A stretch of DNA of 64,000 nucleotides from Dehalococcoidia bacterium (lineage in GTDB: Bacteria; Chloroflexota; Dehalococcoidia; Bin125): positions 336,688 to 400,687 of the forward strand of contig JAJEJC010000007.1 of assembly GCA_022828105.1 (NCBI GenBank), in the 5' to 3' direction. Shown in pieces: positions 44,803 through 54,055 of the stretch. Position 1 is the stretch's first letter; the number at the start of each line of letters is the position of its first letter. Below the pieces are notes generated by a model that had not been told where the DNA came from, made no database searches, and worked only from the letters and a program-made list of their open reading frames with translations. The translations under genes and the position numbers were made by a program.

Positions 44803-47385
44803 TTACGGTGTTCGTTCGCTCCGCCTCGCGTGAGGCGGGAGCAGCTCATCGGGATACGTCGTTCCCACCAGCCCTTTGGATTCCAGTTCGGCCAACTCTG
44901 CTTCGGAGTAGCCCAGCAAGTCGCAGTAGATCTCCCGATTGTGTTCACCCAGCTTCGGCGGCGGCGTCTGCAGTCGATTCGGCGTCCGCTCCATCGTGAA
45001 GGTCAGGCCCGGATAGCGATGCGTCCCAACCCCGTCGACCGTCATCTGCTCGAAGAACCCGACTTCCCGCAAGTGGCGATCGGAGAGCGCGTCGAACGGA
45101 TCGTTGAGCGGCGCGGCGCAGATGCCCGCCTCCTGCAACTTGTGGAAGAGGTCTTCCTTGTGCCAGATCACGGTCTCGCGCGCGATCAACCCGTCCAACG
45201 GCACCGAGTTGGCCTTGCGCGCCTGGGCGTTGGCAAAGCGCGCGTCCATCGGCGCATGGGCCAGCTCCGACTGCACGGACGCCTCGCCCGGACCGGCCGC
45301 CAGCGCGTCGCAGAGCGTAACGAAGTCCGCGTCGGAGCCCACGTCAATCGCAATCCACTGGTCGTCGCCGCGGCAGGGATACACGCCGTAGGGCGCGTGG
45401 ATCGCGTGGCTGTTCGCCTGCGGCGGCGGATTGACGCCGTTCATCGAGTACTCGAACAGATACTCGGCCAGGGTCGGGATGAAGCCCTCGTTGAGCGGCA
45501 TCTCGATCATCTGACCCTCGCCGGTCTGCTCCCGATGCCGCAGCGCCATCAGCACGGCGACCGCGCCCTGCACGCCCGACAGCCCGTCGCTGGCCAGCGT
45601 CTCGCCGATCCCTTCGGGCCCGCGATCCGGGTATCCGCGCAGATGGGTGTGCGCCACCATCGCCTCAACGTGCAGACCGAACGCGCGATAGCCGGAATAG
45701 GGACCCTCCAGTCCGAACGCGGGCATGCGCAGCATGATCAGGCGCGGGTTGACTTCCCGCAGCGTCTCCCAGCCGATCCCGGCCTTGTCGATCGTGGTCG
45801 GCACATTGTTCTCGACCAGCACGTCGCACTGTTCGATCAGCTTGAGGAACGCTTCGCGGCCCTCGGGCGACATGATGTCGCAGGTCATCGAGCGCTTGTT
45901 GCGCGCGTGCGAGTTGAAGGAGGCGAAGCGGTTCCAGGGCTCCTCGCCCGGCTCGGCGTCGGGATACTGCGGCTGCACGCCGATCGCCGCGCCGCGCAGC
46001 ATGGCCTCGCGGGTCTGCACGTTTTCCGCGCCGCGCGTGTAGGGCTGCACCCGGTTGACCGGCTCGACATTGACCACATCCGCGCCCCACTCGGCGAGCA
46101 ACTGGGTCACATGGGGACCCGCCCAGACCACCGTGACCGCCGCCACACGGATGCCTTCGAGGGGCAGATGCAATGAGCTGCTCGGACCCTCGGGCAAGGG
46201 ATGCCGCTGGTCTTCCAGCGGATCGGGCGGCGTCATGTCGAGCACGACGCGCGAGTGTTCGCCCAGCCTCGGCGAGCGCCTCGGACGCTCGGGCTGCGAC
46301 TCGCTCATCCGGAAGGGGAAGCCCGGATAGGGCAGCGACTTGCCGTGCCAGTGCGTGATCTCGTGCCACCAGTCGCGCGATGCGAGCTGAGGGTCTTCGA
46401 GCACGTCGGCGACGGTCATCACCGCCCCGGCCAACAGACCGGCCGCCTGGGCCGAGGCCACCGCCTCGATCTTGCCCATCCCGGCCAGGTGCGCCTCGAC
46501 GGCCTCGTCCACGCGGGCGCCGAAGCCGGAGCCCGGCCTCGGTCCGGCAAGGTAGTCCGGATCCTCCAGCAAGTCCTCGCGGCCCACCCAGCGCATCAGC
46601 CTGGGCATCCGCGTGCCTGCGCCGACGATGTTGACGAACCCGTCGGCGCAGGGATACATGCCGAATCCGACTAGCCGCCGGGTCGGCTGCGCGCGCCCCG
46701 GCGAGACGCCGCTGTACTCGGCCGCGACCAGTTGAATCGTGCGCCGGTCTCGGCAGCCGACCTGGCAGCGGTAGATCGAAATGTCCACCCAGTCGCCGGC
46801 CTGCCGGTCGTGTTCGACACGTTTCAGCGCCAGCAGCACGGCAAACGCCGCCGTCGCGCCGGCGTGATAGCTCGCGTAATGGCCGGCCACCTTGATTGGC
46901 TCGCGGTCGGCCGCGCCGGTCGCGTGCAAGGGACCGCCGATCGCCTGCATCGTGATCTCCGAGCCGCGGTAGAGGCGGTACGGCCCCGTCTGGCCGTAGG
47001 GCGTGATCGAGCACATGACCAGCTTCGGATTGATTGCGTACAGCGTCTCCCAGCCCCAGCCCGCATCCTCGGCTTCGCCCGGACGCAAGTCCTCGATGAC
47101 GACATCCACGATCTGCGCCAGACGCCGCACCGTGGCCGCGCCGTCGTCGGTGTGCGGATCCAGCACGATCGACTGCTTGCTCGTGTTCAGGTGCAGGTAC
47201 AGACCGGAAGCTTCGATGTTTTGATCGTGACCGGCAAACGGCCCAAACTGCCGCGACGGATCGCCGCCGCGCGGCTCCGCTTTGATCACACGCGCGCCGT
47301 AGTCGGCCAGCAGCTTCGTGGCGTACGGACCGGCGACCTCGGTGGTCAGGTCCAGGACGACGAGGCCCTCCAACGGTCCGGCCAT
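44803..47385 (-). CDS. Tandem two-domain family III CoA-transferase (CaiB/BaiF)
   Basis: Two repeats of PLEG..V......AGP.....LA..GA.V...EP and P.LGEH. Confidence 0.9.
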   Translation of the reverse strand: MAGPLEGLVVLDLTTEVAGPYATKLLADYGARVIKAEPRGGDPSRQFGPFAGHDQNIEASGLYLHLNTSKQSIVLDPHTDDGAATVRRLAQIVDVVIEDLRPGEAEDAGWGWETLYAINPKLVMCSITPYGQTGPYRLYRGSEITMQAIGGPLHATGAADREPIKVAGHYASYHAGATAAFAVLLALKRVEHDRQAGDWVDISIYRCQVGCRDRRTIQLVAAEYSGVSPGRAQPTRRLVGFGMYPCADGFVNIVGAGTRMPRLMRWVGREDLLEDPDYLAGPRPGSGFGARVDEAVEAHLAGMGKIEAVASAQAAGLLAGAVMTVADVLEDPQLASRDWWHEITHWHGKSLPYPGFPFRMSESQPERPRRSPRLGEHSRVVLDMTPPDPLEDQRHPLPEGPSSSLHLPLEGIRVAAVTVVWAGPHVTQLLAEWGADVVNVEPVNRVQPYTRGAENVQTREAMLRGAAIGVQPQYPDAEPGEEPWNRFASFNSHARNKRSMTCDIMSPEGREAFLKLIEQCDVLVENNVPTTIDKAGIGWETLREVNPRLIMLRMPAFGLEGPYSGYRAFGLHVEAMVAHTHLRGYPDRGPEGIGETLASDGLSGVQGAVAVLMALRHREQTGEGQMIEMPLNEGFIPTLAEYLFEYSMNGVNPPPQANSHAIHAPYGVYPCRGDDQWIAIDVGSDADFVTLCDALAAGPGEASVQSELAHAPMDARFANAQARKANSVPLDGLIARETVIWHKEDLFHKLQEAGICAAPLNDPFDALSDRHLREVGFFEQMTVDGVGTHRYPGLTFTMERTPNRLQTPPPKLGEHNREIYCDLLGYSEAELAELESKGLVGTTYPDELLPPHARRSERTP

Positions 47386-47511
47386 ACGACTCCCCAGGAA
47401 CAGGCGCCAACGCGCGACCGTCCCCCAAAGCGGTTGCGGTCATGCTAAGCCACATCCGCGAATTCGCAGAATCGGTTCATGCCTGGGGCAATCAGATTGA
47501 GCGCCCTGGCG

Positions 47512-48699
47512 TTAGCGCACGCGGCGCGGCTGCATGTCGAGCAGCGGGCGCACACCGGCGTCGAAGTTCCACTCCAGGGCCGCGCCGTGCTGGCGCGCCG
47601 TCTGGAGATCGCGCCAGCGCCGTTCCAGCGTCCAGCTTCGTCGCGCGGCCTTGGTTCCGCCCGCCTTGAATAGCCGCTCGACGGCATCGACACAGGCATG
47701 GACCGCGTGGACATTGGCCAGCCGGCAGCGGCCCAGCGACTCCGGCTCCGTCTCATCGCGCTCGACCAGCGGCCAGGCTCGCGTCCAGGCCTCCTGGACC
47801 AACGCCCGCGCCGCCGACACCCCCGCCTGCGCCCGGGCGTACTCGAGCCGGAACGGCTCGCGCTCCCGCAACGCGGCCGTGTCGCCGGTCGTCGATTCTC
47901 CTGCCCAGACGGCGAGATCGTCGAGCGCACCCTGCGCCGTGCCGACCGCATGGCCGGCGTTGGCGATCCAGGCGACGAGCGAACGGTCCGGCACGCGCCA
48001 TTGCGGCCCGGCGGCGTTGGCCGCATCGAGTGCCGCCCAGGTATGCGCGTGCTGGACAAACGCGTCGTCCAGCTCCCAATCGTGGCTGCCCGTTCCGCGC
48101 AGACCCATCGCGTCCCAGGTCTCGATCACCCGTCCCGCCCGTTGCGGCAACAAGGCGAAACGTACTCGGTCCTCGAAATCGACAAAGGTCGCCACAATGT
48201 GGGTTGCGTGCTCGACTCCGCTGACGAAGTTCAACCGTCCGCTCAGCCGATAGCCGCCTGTGTCCGGCTGCGCCGTCGTCATCACCCGTGACGAGCCCAC
48301 GATTCGACAGCGCGGACCGCCGGGTTCCTCGCCGCCGATCATCTGGCTGAGGATCGAGTTCGGAAGATATGACGCCAGCAGCGATACCTCGGTCGAGATC
48401 ATCACGACCCAAGCCAGCGACGCGTCGGCGTGCGCCAGCGCTTCCATCACATGAAAGACCACCAGCGGATGCGCTTGCTCGCCATAGCTGCGCGCGGGAA
48501 TGTTGAGCCGGAACAGCCCGCGATCGGTCAGCGCCTCGATCAGGTGGACCGGGATCGTTCCGCTCGCCTCGATCTCGTCGGCGCAGTCGCGAATTGCCGG
48601 CTCCAGTTCGCGCGCCGCCTGTACAAGCCGGTGCTCCTCGTAGACGCTGAAGGCGTGGATCGCACCGGACTGGTTTGACTGGTCGGACTGGTCGGACAT
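47512..48699 (-). CDS. Acyl-CoA dehydrogenase-fold flavin-dependent monooxygenase (HsaA-like)
   Basis: ADASLAW, F.SG, WDAMGLRGTGSHD, LERRWRD. Confidence 0.82.
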   Translation of the reverse strand: MSDQSDQSNQSGAIHAFSVYEEHRLVQAARELEPAIRDCADEIEASGTIPVHLIEALTDRGLFRLNIPARSYGEQAHPLVVFHVMEALAHADASLAWVVMISTEVSLLASYLPNSILSQMIGGEEPGGPRCRIVGSSRVMTTAQPDTGGYRLSGRLNFVSGVEHATHIVATFVDFEDRVRFALLPQRAGRVIETWDAMGLRGTGSHDWELDDAFVQHAHTWAALDAANAAGPQWRVPDRSLVAWIANAGHAVGTAQGALDDLAVWAGESTTGDTAALREREPFRLEYARAQAGVSAARALVQEAWTRAWPLVERDETEPESLGRCRLANVHAVHACVDAVERLFKAGGTKAARRSWTLERRWRDLQTARQHGAALEWNFDAGVRPLLDMQPRRVR

Positions 48700-48768
48700 G
48701 GAAGCAGGCTAGAGGGACGCGCCTAGAATGCGCCGTAACACCAATGCCTCCCCGATTGGAAGTCCGAG

Positions 48769-50010
48769 ATGACTACTGAGCGCCCGCGTACGAAGGACAT
48801 GGCCCTGCGCGAACGTGCCCGCGCCGTGATTCCCAACGGCATGTACGGCCACCAGAACGCGTCGATTCTGCCGCCCAACTTCCCCCAATTCTTCTCGCGA
48901 GCCGACGGCGCCCACCTCTGGGACGCCGACGGCAACAGGTACATCGACTACATGTGCGCCTACGGTCCGATCCTGCTCGGCTACCGCCATCCCGGGGTCG
49001 ACCGCGCGGCCGCCGAAGTCCAGGACGCGGGCGACTGCATGAACGGTCCCACCGAGAAGATGGTCGAGCTGGCCGAGTTGCTCGTCGACATCACGCCCTG
49101 GGCCGACTGGGCCTGGTTCGCCAAGAACGGCACGGACGCCACCGTCTACGCCGCCTCGCTCGCCCGCACGGCGACCGGCAGGAATGCAATCCTGCGCGCC
49201 GGGGGCGCCTACCACGGCGCTTCGCCGACCTGGATGGCGGGCGGTCCCGAGGACTCCGCCGAGGGAATGATCGAGTACACATTCAACGACCTCGCTTCGG
49301 TTCGCGCCGCGCTCGACGCCGCCGAGGGCGCCGCCGCCGCCGTGATCGTCTCCGCCTTCCGCCACGATGTCGGCTACGACCAGGAGCTGCCCACGGTCGA
49401 GTTCGCTCAGGGAGTCCGCGACCTTTGCGACACGAACGGAATCCTGTTGATCCTCGACGACGTGCGCGGCGGCTTCCGCATCGACATGGCCGGCAGCTGG
49501 GCCCCGCTCGGCATCGACCCAGACCTGAGCATCTACTGCAAGGCGATCGGCAACGGCCACCCGATTTCGGCGCTGTTGGGTCGCGATCACCTGTCCGAGG
49601 CGGTCGCTGCGACCTTCGCCACCGGCTCCTACTGGTTCACGGGAGCACCCATGGCTGCCGCGCACGCCACGATCACCGCGATGCAGGAAACCGATGGCAT
49701 CGCCCGCCTCGACCGGATCGGCACAGCCCTCCGCGAGGGCTGGCAGCAGGCCGCCGACGCTCACGGCGTCGGCATCCGCCAGACCGGCCCGGTTTCGATC
49801 CCGTTGATGCTCTTCGACGGCGACGATTTCAGCACCCGCGATGTGCCCCGCGCCTACCGATTCTCCGCCGAACTCGCCGATCGCGGCGTCTACCTGCATC
49901 CCGTGCACAACGGATTTCTCTCGACCGCCATCAGCGACGAGGACATCGCCCACACGATCGAAGCCTCGAACGAGGCCTTCGGCGTCATTGCCGCGGAGTT
50001 TTCCGGCTAA
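48769..50010 (+). CDS. Class III PLP aminotransferase (glutamate-1-semialdehyde aminomutase-like)
   Basis: WDADGNRYIDYMC.YGP..LG, KNG.DAT, YHG, DDVR.GFR, YCKAIGNG. Confidence 0.85.
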   Translation: MTTERPRTKDMALRERARAVIPNGMYGHQNASILPPNFPQFFSRADGAHLWDADGNRYIDYMCAYGPILLGYRHPGVDRAAAEVQDAGDCMNGPTEKMVELAELLVDITPWADWAWFAKNGTDATVYAASLARTATGRNAILRAGGAYHGASPTWMAGGPEDSAEGMIEYTFNDLASVRAALDAAEGAAAAVIVSAFRHDVGYDQELPTVEFAQGVRDLCDTNGILLILDDVRGGFRIDMAGSWAPLGIDPDLSIYCKAIGNGHPISALLGRDHLSEAVAATFATGSYWFTGAPMAAAHATITAMQETDGIARLDRIGTALREGWQQAADAHGVGIRQTGPVSIPLMLFDGDDFSTRDVPRAYRFSAELADRGVYLHPVHNGFLSTAISDEDIAHTIEASNEAFGVIAAEFSG

Positions 50011-51938
50011 CGAGCGCCGTTGCGGCCCGAGACGAGCGAGATAGCCAGGCCGACGCCGGCGCCCAGGATCGCGCTCGCGACCATCACGCGTTTCAGGCTG
50101 GGCGCACTGTCCGAGCCGTTGCCTGTGCTGCCACCGTGCGACGACGCATCTCGCAGCGACGCGTACTGTCCGCGCAACTGGAGATCGTCGAAGCGCTCCG
50201 GCGGCAGTGATCGCAGACCGCCGTTGTGTTGCAGCTTGGGCTTCGGCTCGAGGATCGGGAACTCGATCACGCGTGCCTGGCTCGAGTTCCCCCATTGCAA
50301 CGACTCCGATTCCGGAGCCGGCTCGGGGCGTTCGACGTCCACGGCCGTCGGCATGGCCGCGCTGCGCAGCGGTATCTCCCGCATGCGCAGGATTGCGAGC
50401 ACCGAGATGAAGACGATCGCCGCCGCGAGCAGAAAGTTATCGGTGATCGCCGTCGCCACGGCTGTCTGTACCTGCGGCTCCGCCACCGACCAGACCTCGG
50501 CGCCGAGGTCTGCAACCAGCGACTCACGAAACAGCGGATCGACCAGCTTCTCTGGTTGAATCACATCGACCAGATCGGGAGCCAGCCGCTCCATCAATCC
50601 GTTCGCCAGTCGCGCATTGAACAGCGCGCCCACGACGCCGATGCCGATCACGCCGCCGACCTGTTGGAAGAATTGGCTGAAGGCCGAGACGATGCCCAGG
50701 AACTTCTGCGGCGCGGCGTTCTGCGACGCGATCGACATCACCGGCATCATTAGACCCATGCCGATCCCGAACAGGAACATCCGCCCCAGCACGCCGGGGA
50801 TCGTCGTGTCGCGCGTCATCGTCGAGAGCAGCAGCATCGAGCTGAACATCATCAGCGAGCCGGTAACGGCCAGGATCTTGTAGCGCCCGGTGCGCGACAT
50901 GATCTGTCCGGAGACAATCGATCCTGTCACCGAGACCAGGATCATTGGCCCCATCACCAACCCGGCTGTCGCCGCATCCACGCCGATCCCGACCTGCAGG
51001 TAGAACTGCAGGTAGACGAACACCCCCATCATGCCCACGCCGATGAAGAAATTGACCACGGCCGCCGTGGCGATGGTCTGAATCCGGAACAGTTGCAGGG
51101 GGACGATCGGCTGTTCGGCCCGTTGCTCGACGCGGATGAAGACCATCAGGCCGATGGCGGAGACGACGAACAACAGCAGCGTCTGCGGCGCCAACCAGCC
51201 CCACTGCGAGGCAAGGCTGAGGGCGATCATCGCCGGAATCAGCGTGACGGACAGCGTCAGGACACCGGCGGCGTCGACCCGGAACTTGCGCCTGGGCGGC
51301 CGCAGCCAGGGCATCTTGAAGGCCACGACCGCCAGCACCAGCGGTCCCAGCAACAGCATGATCCAGAAGACCCAGCGCCAGTGCAGCGCCTCGGTCAGCA
51401 CCCCGCCCAGCGGCGCGCCGATCAGGCTGCTGAGCGCGAAGACGCCGCCGAACAGGCCGATGAAACGTCCCCGCTCAGCCGGCGCATAGAGGTCGCCGAC
51501 GACCGAGAAGGTCGCCGTCATCAGGATCGCCGCGCCGACGCCCTGCACGGCGCGGAAGGCAATCAACTCATAGATGCCCGGCGCAAAGCCGCACAGCGCC
51601 GAACCGATCAGGAAGACGGTCATGCCGGTCAGCAGGACCGGTTTGCGCCCGAACGTGTCGCTCAGCGTGCCCGCGATCGGGATCGTCACGACCTGCGCCA
51701 TGATGAACGACTGCACCAACCAGGGGTACAGCTCGAGGCCGCCCAGGTCAGAGACGATCTGCGGCATCGCCGGGCTGACCACGCTCTGTTCGAGCGCAGC
51801 CATGAACATGCCCAGCATCGCCCCGATGATGATCAGCCGCTTGGTCCGGACCGGCAGGTCGATGCCAAGCGGCCGCTGGTCGTCCGGCATGGACTGCGAA
51901 GCAACGTCGGTGTCGGTACGGGAACCCTGAACAGCCAT
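50007..51938 (-). CDS. DHA2-family 14-TM MFS transporter with a long C-terminal tail
   Basis: G.LSDTFGRKP, RAVQGVG, G.PLGG.LT..L.WRWVF; extra hydrophilic linker and terminal hydrophobic helix. Confidence 0.88.
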   Translation of the reverse strand: MAVQGSRTDTDVASQSMPDDQRPLGIDLPVRTKRLIIIGAMLGMFMAALEQSVVSPAMPQIVSDLGGLELYPWLVQSFIMAQVVTIPIAGTLSDTFGRKPVLLTGMTVFLIGSALCGFAPGIYELIAFRAVQGVGAAILMTATFSVVGDLYAPAERGRFIGLFGGVFALSSLIGAPLGGVLTEALHWRWVFWIMLLLGPLVLAVVAFKMPWLRPPRRKFRVDAAGVLTLSVTLIPAMIALSLASQWGWLAPQTLLLFVVSAIGLMVFIRVEQRAEQPIVPLQLFRIQTIATAAVVNFFIGVGMMGVFVYLQFYLQVGIGVDAATAGLVMGPMILVSVTGSIVSGQIMSRTGRYKILAVTGSLMMFSSMLLLSTMTRDTTIPGVLGRMFLFGIGMGLMMPVMSIASQNAAPQKFLGIVSAFSQFFQQVGGVIGIGVVGALFNARLANGLMERLAPDLVDVIQPEKLVDPLFRESLVADLGAEVWSVAEPQVQTAVATAITDNFLLAAAIVFISVLAILRMREIPLRSAAMPTAVDVERPEPAPESESLQWGNSSQARVIEFPILEPKPKLQHNGGLRSLPPERFDDLQLRGQYASLRDASSHGGSTGNGSDSAPSLKRVMVASAILGAGVGLAISLVSGRNGAR

Positions 51939-52062
51939 GGCAAGATGTTTCGAGCCTGCGAACTAACTGCAGCCTACGCACGCCTCCAACGTCAATCAAC
52001 GCCGCACACCCGCGTCTGCCAGTGCTAACCTGACAACACTTCCGATCTCGCCAGCGAAAGGT

Positions 52063-53253
52063 ATGTCAGCGATGGCTGAGATGATCTGCGACCGAATCAA
52101 GGTGATCGACTCCGACACCCACGTGTCCGAACCGGAGACGCTGTGGACGGACCGCATCTCGACCAGGAAGTGGGGCGACCTCGTCCCCCACGTGATCTTC
52201 GACCCGGAAATCAACGAGGACCGTTGGGTGATGGGCGGCAAGAAATTCATGCCCACGGCCGGCGCTGCAATGGCCGGCTGGAAATCGCCGCCGCCCGACC
52301 ACCCGCCCAGCCTCAAGGAAGCCGACCACGGCAGCTGGGAGATCCGCGAACGACTGCAGCGGATGGACGAGTACGGCATGTACGCCCAGGTCGTCTACCC
52401 CAACGTCGGTGGCTTCGGTTCGGGCAACTTCCTGCAGATGACCGACGACGAGCTGCGTCTCGACTGCGTCCGCGCCTACAACGACTTCCTCGTCGACTGG
52501 ACGTCGGTCGAGCCTTCGCGCTTCATCCCGATCATGGCGATGCCCTTCTGGGACGTGCAGGCTTGCGTCGACGAGATGCAGCGTGCGTACGACCGCGGAC
52601 ACCGCGGCGTGCTAATGACCAACCAGCCCGACACTTTCGGTCTGCCCCGGATCACCGACCGGCACTGGGACCCGCTCTGGAACCAGGCCCAGGACATGGG
52701 TCTGTCGATCAACTTCCACATCGGCTCCGGCGACCTCACCGAGGTCCGCAATGCCAACGTCGATAACGGACGCCAGGCGGCCTACGCCAAGATCACCGTC
52801 AAGCTCTTCCTCGACAACTCCAACGCCATTCTGGACATCATCCTCTCGGGCATGTGCCACCGCTTCCCCGAGCTCAAGTTCGTCTCCGTCGAGTCGGGCG
52901 TCGGCTGGATCCCCTATCTGCTCGAGGCGATGGACTGGCAGTGGCTCAATTCGGGTTGCCGCGAAGAACACCCCGAGATGGACCTGCTGCCCTCTGAGTA
53001 CTTCCGCCGCCAGTGCTATGGGTGCTTCTGGTTCGAAGAGGACTCGGTGCTCAAGGCAATCGAGCAGTTCGGCTCCGAGAACTTCCTCTTCGAGACCGAC
53101 TTCCCGCACCCGACCTCGATGTCGCCGGGACCGAACAGCATTGCCCGCAACCCCAAGCAGCATGTAGAGGAAGTCCTCAGCGTCCTGCCCGAGGAGGACC
53201 TGCTCAACGTCCTCCAGCGCAACGCCGCCAAGGTCTACAACTTCCAGGTGTAG
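52063..53253 (+). CDS. Amidohydrolase_2 family metal-dependent hydrolase/decarboxylase
   Basis: DSDTHVSEP, AYNDFL, FHIG, VESGVGWIP, FETDFPHP. Confidence 0.88.
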   Translation: MSAMAEMICDRIKVIDSDTHVSEPETLWTDRISTRKWGDLVPHVIFDPEINEDRWVMGGKKFMPTAGAAMAGWKSPPPDHPPSLKEADHGSWEIRERLQRMDEYGMYAQVVYPNVGGFGSGNFLQMTDDELRLDCVRAYNDFLVDWTSVEPSRFIPIMAMPFWDVQACVDEMQRAYDRGHRGVLMTNQPDTFGLPRITDRHWDPLWNQAQDMGLSINFHIGSGDLTEVRNANVDNGRQAAYAKITVKLFLDNSNAILDIILSGMCHRFPELKFVSVESGVGWIPYLLEAMDWQWLNSGCREEHPEMDLLPSEYFRRQCYGCFWFEEDSVLKAIEQFGSENFLFETDFPHPTSMSPGPNSIARNPKQHVEEVLSVLPEEDLLNVLQRNAAKVYNFQV

Positions 53254-53281
53254 ACACCAGGGCAATCGCACGACTCAACCG

Positions 53282-53324
53282 CCGCGCCGGGCTCCTGCGG
53301 GAGCCCGGCGCGGTACTTTTGTTT
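53282..53324 (+). terminator. Rho-independent terminator
   Basis: 14-bp stem CCGCGCCGGGCTCC-TGCG-GGAGCCCGGCGCGG followed by TACTTTTGTTT. Confidence 0.85.
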
Positions 53325-53397
53325 CACGTTCAGCGATGGGCGGGTGAATCGGGCTCTCTGTGAGATGTACTCTGCCTCTTGGAGAAGCGATGAAGCC

Positions 53398-53952
53398 ATG
53401 ACCACCGAGACCAACTTGCTCACCGCCGACGACCTGTTGCGGCTGCACAGCAAGGGTGTACGCGGAGAGCTCATTCAGGGAGTGCTGTGCGAAACCATGT
53501 CTACGGGAGTCGAGCACGGCGAGATTGTGATGGAGCTGGGTCGGCATCTTGGGAACTTCGTCGTTCCTCGGCGACTCGGCCGTCTAATCGGATCTGACTC
53601 GGGCATCCGATTGGAACGCGCGCCCGACACGGTGCGCGAGCCGGATGTTGCATTCATCTCGGCCGATCGAATGCCGTTAGGCGAGCGGATTACTGCCTAC
53701 TCGGATGTCGTGCCCGACCTGGTGGTCGAAATCGTCTCGCCCAACGATGACTCGGACAACGTCTTCAACAAGGCGCGGATGTGGTTGAGCTTCGGCGTAC
53801 GGCTGGTCTGGGTCGTGCAGCCCGAGACTCGCAGCGTGGAAGTGCATCGGTCTGGGGCAGCGGTGGTCGTCGTCAGGGAAGATGGGCAACTCGACGGACT
53901 GGATGTTCTGCCCGGCTTCACCTGTCCCGTGGCCTCGATCTTCGGCTCCTAG
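53398..53952 (+). CDS. Uma2 family (DUF820) PD-(D/E)xK endonuclease-like protein
   Basis: GELIQG, H..I, R.PDVAF, PDLVVEIVSP, K...W..FGV..VWVV.P, DVLPGF. Confidence 0.9.
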   Translation: MTTETNLLTADDLLRLHSKGVRGELIQGVLCETMSTGVEHGEIVMELGRHLGNFVVPRRLGRLIGSDSGIRLERAPDTVREPDVAFISADRMPLGERITAYSDVVPDLVVEIVSPNDDSDNVFNKARMWLSFGVRLVWVVQPETRSVEVHRSGAAVVVVREDGQLDGLDVLPGFTCPVASIFGS

Positions 53953-54055
53953 TCGCCACATTCGAATTTGCTGGGCATTCGCTACACTGCCGACTGAACC
54001 ACAGAGACAGGGTGCGTCTGTGATTTGGCGCGCCTCAGAGAGAGGAAATCGAACG

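Noticed and set aside
45665-47455. Long alternative-frame and antisense ORFs (for example 596 aa here, 5809-7380, 48709-50295, 57402-58865)
   Set aside because: Arg/Gly/Ala-rich shadows of real genes, expected in high-GC DNA; no motifs.
48668-48697. 9-bp tandem repeat (SDQSDQSNQS) as a phase-variation locus
   Set aside because: In-frame, about three imperfect units in an N-terminal linker; copy changes would not shift the frame.
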